A stretch of 8,116 bases of DNA. Origin: a virus (taxonomy: Duplodnaviria; Heunggongvirae; Uroviricota; Caudoviricetes). Shown here in pieces: positions 1-6,199 of this stretch. Positions within the stretch are counted from its first letter, which is position 1; each line of letters starts with the position of its first letter. Below the pieces are notes generated by a model that made no database searches, was not told the DNA's origin, and saw only the letters and a program-made list of their open reading frames with translations. A program made the position numbers and the translations under genes. The stretch covers positions 1 to 8,116 of the IMG/VR virus record IMGVR_UViG_2622736468_000006; one strand, written 5' to 3'.

Positions 1-42
1 AATGTAAGTATCATTTTTCATTGTTATATCTTTTGAATATTT

Positions 43-50
43 CTCGTTAG
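43..50. repeat. Left copy of 8-bp target site duplication CTCGTTAG flanking IS1
   Basis: CTCGTTAG at 43-50 directly abuts the IS1 end and is repeated exactly at 819-826 abutting the other end. IS1 is known to generate 8-9 bp duplications. Confidence 0.85.
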
Positions 51-65
51 GGTAATGACTCCAAC

Positions 66-569
66 TTATTGATAGTGTTTTATGTTCAGATAATGCCCGA
101 TGACCTTGTCATGCAGCTCCACCGATTTTGAGAACGACAGTGACTTCCGTCCCAGCCTTGCCAGATGTTGTCTCAGATTCAGATTATGTCGCTCAATGCG
201 CTGAGTGTAACGCTTGCTGATTACGTGCAGCTTTCCCTTCAGGCGGGATTCATACAGCGGCCAGCCATCCGTCATCCATATCACCACGTCAAAGGGTGAC
301 AGCAGGCTCATAAGACACCCCAGCGTCGCCATAGTGCGTTCACCGAATACGTGCGCAACAACCGTCTTCCGGAGCCTGTCATACGCGTAAAACAGCCAGC
401 GCTGGCGCGATTTAGCCCCGACATAGCCCCACTGTTCGTCCATTTCCGCGCAGACGATGACGTCACTGCCCGGCTGTATGCGCGAGGTTACCGACTGCGG
501 CCTGAGTTTTTTAAGTGACGTAAAATCGTGTTGAGGCCAACGCCCATAATGCGGGCTGTTGCCCGGCAT
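66..569 (-). CDS. insB: IS1 InsB frame, the catalytic part of InsAB' transposase reached by a -1 frameshift from insA
   Basis: The 167-aa translation matches canonical IS1 InsB and overlaps the insA 3' end in the -1 frame. Confidence 0.95.
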
Positions 570-763
570 CCAACGCCATTCATGGCCATATCAATGATTT
601 TCTGGTGCGTACCGGGTTGAGAAGCGGTGTAAGTGAACTGCAGTTGCCATGTTTTACGGCAGTGAGAGCAGAGATAGCGCTGATGTCCGGCGGTGCTTTT
701 GCCGTTACGCACCACCCCGTCAGTAGCTGAACAGGAGGGACAGCTGATAGAAACAGAAGCCAC
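488..763 (-). CDS. insA: IS1 InsA, the transposition inhibitor / DNA-binding N-terminal part of the InsAB' transposase
   Basis: The 91-aa translation ([32 protein letters not shown]...) is the canonical InsA with its zinc-finger-like CxxC...CxxC and HTH. The start codon is GTG on the minus strand. Confidence 0.95.
506..514 (-). other. IS1 programmed -1 ribosomal frameshift motif (A6C slippery run) in the insA/insB overlap
   Basis: Plus strand reads GTTTTTTAA, i.e. TTAAAAAAC on the coding strand, inside the insA-insB overlap. This is the known IS1 frameshift site. Confidence 0.85.
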
Positions 764-818
764 TGGAGCACCTCAAAAACACCATCATACACTAAATCAG
801 TAAGTTGGCAGCATCACC

Positions 819-826
819 CTCGTTAG
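819..826. repeat. Right copy of 8-bp target site duplication CTCGTTAG flanking IS1
   Basis: Exact repeat of 43-50 immediately outside the IS1 terminus. Confidence 0.85.
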
Positions 827-1066
827 CCCGCGCCCAATCTGGAATTACGGGCTTTCTACACCATCCATATGGTCATCACAGATCCATTAGCCGATCCACA
901 TAAAGTTTAAATTTACTATATTTATCATGATATTATCGACAACCCCACCCTCCCTCTAGATCCTTTTTACTGAAAAAAAGTGAAATCCCTTTCATTCATT
1001 TCAGTTTATATTCTCCGCAAAGCCGCCAGTACTGGCGCGGGCTGGCGATATGTTTTGAAGAAAAAT

Positions 1067-2239
1067 TTAACTGAAAAATTTTATCGATCCAGAAACCGCA
1101 GGCGGGTGCGGTGTAGTGCCGTTTTTGTCTGCGAAAGATTTATTTTGTCTGCATGTGGCTACCTCAGAGCGTCGCTGTGAATTTGATCTTATTGCGGTGT
1201 CGCAGTGGTTATCCTGCGGCGTACATCCATCCCATTGCGATACAAAGCCACCTTTGCTGTGTACTGCGTGGAAACGTGATGGCGCAGTGATGGTGTAAAA
1301 CTCACCGGCCAGCCCTTCTTCATTGGCCATATCTTCAAACCCTCGCATTCTTACCATTAGTTCACATCGACGGATCGCCGGATTTGCAACGCTGCGGTGC
1401 ACCATGCTGTCCAGTGCAATGCGCAGCCCCTCATCATTCAGCAGTTCAAACTTTTTAAAGAACTCCAGATTCCGCTTTTTCTGGTCTATCCATTCACCCA
1501 GTGTTTTGCGGGATACATAAGCGCTGGCCGCTTTTTGTACCTGTCCCACCGCGATGGCCATATGTTCGCGCTGTGTATCACGCGCACGTTTAAGACGCAG
1601 GTACCACCATTCCGGCGCCATCATGCGCAGTATCCCTGATTCCGCCTTACGCATTTCCAGTTGGCCTTCATTTGCTTCGTGTTCAACCCAGTACGGCGGC
1701 TGGTTATTCAGCATCAGGCAACACGCACAAAGATGGCGGTATGATTCCAGGGTGCGGCGGTGCAGCTCTCTGGCGTCGTCAGTGCCGGAATCAAACTGTT
1801 CGGTGAAGTCATAAAGTGACTGGGAAATCCAGCCAGATACCTGGTCAGCCAGTTTTTTAAGATCAGGACGGTCTAGTGACAGCAAGCGTTCCAGCGACTT
1901 ACCAAAAGGAAGATCAGCAGCGTCAGCGGCCAGCGAGTAACGCGCAGCCACTTTGCGCAGACGTGGCAATACACTCCCGCCGATAGTTTGGCGCAGGAAT
2001 GTATTGGCACGGCGACGCCCGTCACGACCAGCAAACAGCTTTTCGTAACGACGGCCAAAATACCCGGCTAACCAGTCGGGTATCTCATGAAGGTACTGTG
2101 AGCGCCATTCGTAATCCTGCGGGTTAACCGACCACAGGCGGCGCTCGGTGATCGTGGCGTCTGTAGGCGTACCCGGTGCGAACGTTTCACGCCGCCAGGT
2201 ATCGACGGAGTGATGTTGGCCATTGGCTACAGGAGTCAT
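1067..2239 (-). pseudogene. gpA-like rolling-circle replication initiator (P2/186 A family), N-terminal ~390 codons only; likely truncated
   Basis: ATG at 2239-2237 overlaps the dam stop as ATGA. The translation contains FYTITAPSRFHAVH, resembling rolling-circle initiator motifs 1 and 2, but no paired-tyrosine (Y..KY) catalytic motif. It ends at 1067, about half the length of characterised P2/186 A proteins (roughly 700-760 aa), and the DNA downstream (819-1066) has stops in every frame. Confidence 0.6.
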
Positions 2240-3096
2240 GCGCAAGCCATCGCTATAGAATCAAGCGGCGACTTCAGAATTAACTCTGCGGCAACTTTCT
2301 GGCTTGCAGCTGCGGCACCAACACTACGCGGGGCATTAATGCGAACGGCTTCAAATCCGGCGTACAGGTAATGCACCATTTCCAGATCGGCATTAGAGGC
2401 CACAACCGGTACACCTTTTCTGGCCAGACGGCGCAACTTACGCGCCAGCCTCCCCTGATCCATGTGCGAAAAACCGCGCTCATGGTAAGCGGTGAAATTG
2501 TCGCTTTCAGTCAGATAAGGCGGATCACAGTAAACAACGTCATTCCCGTCCCGAACCAAATCGAGCGTTTCTGAATAGTGGGCAGTAATGAACGTTGCGC
2601 GTTTTGCTTTTTCAGCAAAGGCGCGGATTTCATCAGCGGGGAAATAAGGCTTTTTGTACTTACCGAACGGGACGTTGAACTGGCCTCGACGGTTATACCG
2701 GCACAGACCATTGAAGCAGTGCCGGTTCAGGTACAGGAAACGCGCAGCAGCTTCTACAGATTCCGAACCAAAGGATTTACCTGACTGGTTGAAAGCATCC
2801 CGCACAGCATAATAGAAAACTGCGCGGCTTTCTTCATCACCTAACGAACCGGCAGTAAACAGACTTTCCAGCTCATTGAGCAGCGCATCAGTGTGATACG
2901 CCATCGCCTTATAAAGATTAACCAGATCAGGATTCACATCTGCGATCAGATACTCGTCATAATCTGTATTCATCATGACGGCGCAGGAACCTGCGAACGG
3001 TTCAACCAAGCGTTTACCTTCTGGAAGGTGCGGACGCAGCTTAGGCATAAGGCGGGCTTTGCTACCCACCCATTTAAGCGGAGTTTTAACGGCCAT
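2236..3096 (-). CDS. dam: DNA adenine methyltransferase, Dam family (orphan N6-adenine MTase, predicted GATC specificity)
   Basis: 286 aa from ATG 3096-3094, preceded by GGAGG five nt upstream. Motifs: EPFAGSCAV (SAM-binding motif I), LYLNR...NGLCRYN...[14 protein letters not shown], and the catalytic VYCDPPY (motif IV). Collinear with E. coli Dam over its whole length. Confidence 0.9.
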   Translation of the reverse strand: MAVKTPLKWVGSKARLMPKLRPHLPEGKRLVEPFAGSCAVMMNTDYDEYLIADVNPDLVNLYKAMAYHTDALLNELESLFTAGSLGDEESRAVFYYAVRDAFNQSGKSFGSESVEAAARFLYLNRHCFNGLCRYNRRGQFNVPFGKYKKPYFPADEIRAFAEKAKRATFITAHYSETLDLVRDGNDVVYCDPPYLTESDNFTAYHERGFSHMDQGRLARKLRRLARKGVPVVASNADLEMVHYLYAGFEAVRINAPRSVGAAAASQKVAAELILKSPLDSIAMACA

Positions 3097-3415
3097 AATG
3101 ACCTCCGCCAACTAACGACTCTGTTACACCGTTTGAAATGATGTATTCCAGCACTTCAAGCGGTGACAGCGAACGGATAGATAAAACCACCCAATTTTCG
3201 GCATCAGCGATAATTTCATTCACCGGCAAAACATGGGTGATAACTGCCGCCCACTCTCGCCCGGTGTATTTCCCGTGCTTCCACTCGCACAATGAAAGAA
3301 CATCACCGGTTTTATACCCGCGATCATTTTTACGCAGCTCGGCCTTTTTCTGACCAGCCACCACAGCATTAAGGTATTTCGGCGCAATTTTTACCGCATG
3401 GATTTTGATTGTCAT
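3086..3415 (-). CDS. ASCH-domain protein (PUA-like fold, DUF3850-like), function unknown
   Basis: 109 aa from ATG 3415-3413, which overlaps the exonuclease stop as ATGA. Carries the ASCH signature GxKxxExR (AGQKKAELR) followed by NDRGYKTGD. The track start at 3466 is a TTG and was not used. Confidence 0.65.
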   Translation of the reverse strand: MTIKIHAVKIAPKYLNAVVAGQKKAELRKNDRGYKTGDVLSLCEWKHGKYTGREWAAVITHVLPVNEIIADAENWVVLSIRSLSPLEVLEYIISNGVTESLVGGGHYGR

Positions 3416-4008
3416 TTTGCACCGCCTTGCGCTAAAGCTTTGATGACACCTAATGTCATTTTGCAATCAGCTAAAGCACGGTGTGCCTTCCCCTCGATCA
3501 CAACTCCTTCATGCGCGGCGGCATCAACTAACTTATGCCATTTATAACCGTGATATTTCCCCGGCTCGCCACGATATTCTGCATATAGTTTCATTGCGCA
3601 AACAGAATGAGCAGCAAGCATCCATGGCGCACCTTCAGAAGGTCTTCCATTCAATGCGTAGGTCTGACGAATTAACCGGAGATCATAATCGGCGTTATAG
3701 ATAACAAAGCCAAAACGTCTAATAAGTTCTTCCACTGCGCCGCATATATCTGTCCACGCAGGAGCATAGGCAACCATTTCATTTGTGATCCCATGAATGG
3801 CAATTGCTTCATCAGGAATAGGCTTAGTAGGTTTAACAAGCGTGTTAAGCAGAATAAATCCATGGCTATCAATGATGCATATTTCTACTATTTCTGCATC
3901 ATCACCCAGCCCCGTGGTTTCGGTATCAATAAATAGGCGATCATCGTCAAGCCACTGTTGTGCTAACAGGCTGATAGAATACTGCAATTGCTTTGTATTC
4001 AATTCCAT
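3412..4008 (-). CDS. DnaQ-like 3'-5' exonuclease, DEDDh family
   Basis: 198 aa from ATG 4008-4006, with AGGAGG six nt upstream. Exo I motif FIDTETTGL, Exo [12 protein letters not shown], Exo III HRALADC. The track start at 4029 is a TTG and was not used. Confidence 0.85.
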   Translation of the reverse strand: MELNTKQLQYSISLLAQQWLDDDRLFIDTETTGLGDDAEIVEICIIDSHGFILLNTLVKPTKPIPDEAIAIHGITNEMVAYAPAWTDICGAVEELIRRFGFVIYNADYDLRLIRQTYALNGRPSEGAPWMLAAHSVCAMKLYAEYRGEPGKYHGYKWHKLVDAAAHEGVVIEGKAHRALADCKMTLGVIKALAQGGAK

Positions 4009-4232
4009 GCTGCACCTCCTTTGCTGCAAATCGCCGCTGCTTCTTCGCGGATTAACTCAACGATTTCCGCTGCGCTTAAACCTTCATTGGCTGCATGAGT
4101 AGCCAGCTTATCCAGACGGGTGGAACACAGATCAGCAGTTGCGGCTTTACCTTCCTGCGTGGCTTTGGTGAGCATGGCCAGCAGGTCGGTGCCTGATTTT
4201 GTTGCGGGTAAATCCTGACGTGTCATGTGCAT
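3999..4232 (-). CDS. Hypothetical phage protein, 77 aa, Ala-rich
   Basis: ATG at 4232-4230 with GAGGA seven nt upstream. Its 3' end overlaps the exonuclease start by 10 nt. No recognisable motif. Confidence 0.5.
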   Translation of the reverse strand: MHMTRQDLPATKSGTDLLAMLTKATQEGKAATADLCSTRLDKLATHAANEGLSAAEIVELIREEAAAICSKGGAAWN

Positions 4233-4299
4233 TTTGGTTTCCTCAAGGCAAAAGAATCCCCGGCCACTTGAATCGTGGACAAAAAATTCAGGCAGTTAA

Positions 4300-4701
4300 T
4301 TAGTGAAAAGTGGGTTGTACTGTGGCGGCTGAGTAGTTCGGTGCCGGAATCAGGTGCAGCTCATAGGTTATCCGCCACCACTCCTGGATCAGCGCTTTTA
4401 TCTCGCCAACTCCCAACGCCCCGGCTGTATAGAAAATTGCACGAATCCCCGCCAGCGCTTCTATCTGGGCTTCTTTGCTTTTCGCTTCGCGATATACGCA
4501 GCACCAGAAAGCAGCATTGATCGCCAGCCAGTGACGCGGATTTGTCATGTGTTCAGTGTCGTTGAAGAAGAACGGATGCAAAGCGATACGCCCATTTTTA
4601 CTGGTGCTTTTCTCTGCAAACGCTAATGCGTAGTTATGCGGGACGCCCCACACAGCCAGCTCTGCCCCTAGTGATTTACCTTCAACCGAAATAATGGACA
4701 T
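4300..4701 (-). CDS. Hypothetical phage protein, 133 aa
   Basis: ATG at 4701-4699 overlaps the upstream stop as ATGA, with AGGGG eight nt upstream. The ORF fills the whole interval without internal stops. No family recognised from sequence alone. Confidence 0.55.
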   Translation of the reverse strand: MSIISVEGKSLGAELAVWGVPHNYALAFAEKSTSKNGRIALHPFFFNDTEHMTNPRHWLAINAAFWCCVYREAKSKEAQIEALAGIRAIFYTAGALGVGEIKALIQEWWRITYELHLIPAPNYSAATVQPTFH

Positions 4702-5129
4702 CAGTGATTCCCCTGTTGCTGTAACTTCTGGACAATATGAGGTGCAATCACCATCTGCACCCCGCTGCTGCTATAAATTGGATGAACCTTCTTGATTGGG
4801 CGGTTCGCGGTACGTTTCGAAAAATCGCTGTCACGTAAACTGCCGAAACCTTCAAACGTTAACCGCGCCCGTGAAATGCCCTGGCGCAGTTGAATCATGT
4901 CCCGATAGCCCAGGCGTTCATAAAGCTCACGCCAGCAGCACTTGCTTAAATGGGCTTTAAATGCCCCGGTACCAGAAGTAACCGCAGCAGCATGAAGTAC
5001 TACGCCGCGCCACTCCGGTGTCAAGTTGTCCCACCATTCAGCGGCCTCGCTGCTTTCGCTGAAGTATTTGCGGCGGATCTGTTTTAAATGCTCCAGCCCG
5101 CGCTTTTGCTGTTCCTGGCTAATCGCCAT
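4701..5129 (-). CDS. Hypothetical phage protein, 142 aa, basic
   Basis: ATG at 5129-5127, immediately preceded on the coding strand by a G9 homopolymer. The stop overlaps the next ATG. No family recognised. Confidence 0.55.
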   Translation of the reverse strand: MAISQEQQKRGLEHLKQIRRKYFSESSEAAEWWDNLTPEWRGVVLHAAAVTSGTGAFKAHLSKCCWRELYERLGYRDMIQLRQGISRARLTFEGFGSLRDSDFSKRTANRPIKKVHPIYSSSGVQMVIAPHIVQKLQQQGNH

Positions 5130-5133
5130 AGCG

Positions 5134-5142
5134 CCCCCCCCC
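5134..5142. repeat. Homopolymeric tract, C9 on the plus strand (G9 on the coding strand)
   Basis: Nine consecutive C at 5134-5142. On the minus strand this reads TAG-GGGGGGGG-CGCT-ATG, lying between the stop of the 57-aa ORF and the start of the 142-aa ORF. Confidence 0.9.
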
Positions 5143-5315
5143 TATAGCCCCATCAGACGACGCCACCACGGGCGACGCGGCTGCTGGCCATTGAATTTGT
5201 ACATGTGGCCAGGGTTCCAGCGCTGACCGTTCGGCAGTTCAATCCAGCCCGTTGAACCACTGGGCAATTGCATGGCCGGTGATTCGTTTTTCAGGTAAGT
5301 GACAAACGCTTTCAT
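5142..5315 (-). CDS. Small hypothetical protein, 57 aa, in the position occupied by fil-like genes in 186-type phages
   Basis: Not in the supplied track. ATG at 5315-5313 with GGGAGA upstream, directly after the cII stop. Translation: MKAFVTYLKNESPAMQLPSGSTGWIELPNGQRWNPGHMYKFNGQQPRRPWWRRLMGL. Stop is TAG at 5144-5142. Confidence 0.45.
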   Translation of the reverse strand: MKAFVTYLKNESPAMQLPSGSTGWIELPNGQRWNPGHMYKFNGQQPRRPWWRRLMGL

Positions 5316-5324
5316 GGTTCTCCC

Positions 5325-5828
5325 TCACATCAGGCCGGTGGCGTTGGTTGTGACCAGATCCACCGCAGCGGCCAAAACCGGCGCAGAGTGAATACGGCTT
5401 TCAACGGTATAAGCCAGCACGGATAAGCTACGGATTGCATCTCGGGCGCGATCCAGAATTTGAGTACGGCGGGCGGCGGTCATATGGCCAGCTGATACGG
5501 CTTCCCCAGCAATCGCGCCCACACTGGCTGTGGCGCTCAGTGCACACAGTTGTATGTTGCCTTCTGTTGCATTGTTCACCGGTACGGATGGAAGGCAGTT
5601 AATCTGCCCCAGCATCCCATCCAGTAAACGCGCATCTTCGGTGTAATCCGTGATAGCCAAAAGTTCATCACAGGTCAGGCGGTGCGGTTGCGCTGGGTTC
5701 AGTTTATTACGCAGGATCTGCGGCCTCATACCAACGGCAGCGGCCACATCTTCAAGATTGTGCTCAATTGCAAATGCTCGGCAAGCCGCATCAAAGTGCG
5801 CATGTTTAGAGGTCTGGTAATCAAACAT
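5325..5828 (-). CDS. cII: Phage regulatory protein CII (186 CII / CP76 family), lysogeny-establishment activator
   Basis: 167 aa from ATG 5828-5826, with GGGAGAGG upstream. The N-terminus (MFDYQTSKHAHFDAACRAFA...ILRNKLNPAQPH) matches my recollection of the 186 CII family. It is the second gene of the lytic operon, after the cox/apl-like gene. Confidence 0.75.
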   Translation of the reverse strand: MFDYQTSKHAHFDAACRAFAIEHNLEDVAAAVGMRPQILRNKLNPAQPHRLTCDELLAITDYTEDARLLDGMLGQINCLPSVPVNNATEGNIQLCALSATASVGAIAGEAVSAGHMTAARRTQILDRARDAIRSLSVLAYTVESRIHSAPVLAAAVDLVTTNATGLM

Positions 5829-5858
5829 TGTTTGCCTCTCCCTAATCCGTAGGATGGA

Positions 5859-6080
5859 TTACGCGTTAAGCGAAATGTCACATTCGCTTAAAGCCTGAAT
5901 AGTGAGCGCGGCCATGTTGACTTCGACCAGGCCTTTCTTCTGCTTACCCTTCGGCTTAATAGGTAATTTCCCGTATTCGATCAGGTTCCTGGCGGTTTCT
6001 TTGTTGGTACCAGTACGGCGGCAATACTCGTCTAAAGGCAGGTATGGCTCTGGGATGATGATTGTAATGTTCGGACGCAT
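5859..6080 (-). CDS. Cox/Apl-type small HTH protein (excisionase and switch regulator)
   Basis: 73 aa from ATG 6080-6078, with GGAG eight nt upstream. It is the first gene of the minus-strand operon, divergent from the repressor gene. The segment IPEPYLPLDEYCRRTGTNKETARNLIEYGKLP resembles the Cox/Apl N-terminal HTH. The track's longer version starts at a GTG at 6140. Confidence 0.6.
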   Translation of the reverse strand: MRPNITIIIPEPYLPLDEYCRRTGTNKETARNLIEYGKLPIKPKGKQKKGLVEVNMAALTIQALSECDISLNA

Positions 6081-6199
6081 GAGGCAAACTCCATAAGTTA
6101 ACCTGTACGGCAATACAGGGCTGTAACTGTCAATATTCACTTAAACCTACAAAGCGGAGTTTAAACTCACTTTGCGCAAGATTTCAAGGTAAAACTTTC
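6081..6199. promoter_or_regulatory. Lysis-lysogeny switch region between the cox/apl-like and cI-like genes; expected to hold the lytic and lysogenic promoters and their operators
   Basis: 119-bp intergenic region between divergent start codons. Contains a CTGT-N8-ACAG motif, a TTGACA hexamer on the minus strand (6133-6128), a 10-bp direct repeat and a 12-bp palindrome. Exact promoter hexamers could not be assigned with confidence. Confidence 0.6.
6103..6118. promoter_or_regulatory. Candidate LexA (SOS) box, or repressor operator: CTGTACGGCAATACAG
   Basis: Fits the LexA core CTGT-N8-ACAG with dyad-symmetric CTGTA/TACAG arms; located 23 bp upstream of the cox/apl-like start. Resembles the E. 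coli sulA box (CTGTACATCCATACAG) except in the central four positions. Confidence 0.35.

Larger units (their letters stand above)
51..818 (-). mobile_element. IS1: IS1 insertion sequence, complete 768-bp copy, transposase genes on the minus strand
   Basis: Contains the canonical InsA (91 aa) and InsB (167 aa) frames. The ends are imperfect terminal inverted repeats: GGTAATGACTCCAACTTATTGAT at 51-73 and the reverse complement of GGTGATGCTGCCAACTTACTGAT ending at 818. Length of 768 bp matches IS1. Confidence 0.97.

Noticed and set aside
580-792. 70-aa minus-strand ORF inside IS1
   Set aside because: Alternative frame overlapping insA and the IS1 terminus; not a known IS1 product.
819-1066. IS1 insertion as the cause of the gpA truncation
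   Set aside because: IS1 has an intact 8-bp target duplication and lies about 250 bp beyond the gpA stop in non-coding DNA, so it did not interrupt the reading frame directly.
980-2058. Track ORFs on the plus strand or in alternative frames across the gpA region (980-1180, 1116-1298, 1323-1520, 1397-1639, 1554-1814 on plus; 1873-2058 on minus)
   Set aside because: They lie antisense to, or in a different frame inside, the long gpA-like ORF, have no ribosome-binding sites and have low-complexity translations; treated as frame shadows.
2280-4626. Track ORFs overlapping dam, ASCH, exonuclease and the 133-aa gene (2280-2483, 2371-2574, 2511-2711, 2578-2784, 2893-3141, 3138-3353, 3453-3704, 3672-3872, 3797-4102, 4275-4520, 4354-4626)
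   Set aside because: All are embedded in, or antisense to, better-supported genes with recognisable motifs and good starts; none has independent support.
3999-5129. Toxin-antitoxin or known defence system among the 142-, 133- and 77-aa genes
   Set aside because: No recognisable toxin, nuclease, ATPase or antitoxin motifs and no typical small-antitoxin plus toxin pairing; left as unknown function and not named.
5026-5226. 66-aa plus-strand ORF spanning the poly-C tract
   Set aside because: Antisense to the 142-aa and 57-aa ORFs, no ribosome-binding site, Cys/Arg-rich low-complexity translation.
5843-5861. Short inverted repeat TAATCC-N7-GGATTA between the cox/apl-like stop and the cII start, as a possible attenuator
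   Set aside because: Only 6-bp arms with mismatched flanks and no U-tract; too weak to call.
6128-6133. Consensus -35 TTGACA on the minus strand as the lytic promoter
   Set aside because: No acceptable -10 hexamer lies 16-18 bp downstream of it on that strand, so I could not call a promoter; retained only as part of the switch-region description.
6081-6140. Longer 93-aa version of the cox/apl-like gene starting at GTG 6140
   Set aside because: The ATG at 6080 has a GGAG ribosome-binding site at proper spacing and puts the HTH at the N-terminus as in Cox/Apl proteins. The extension would run through the LexA-like box and TTGACA hexamer. Not fully excluded.
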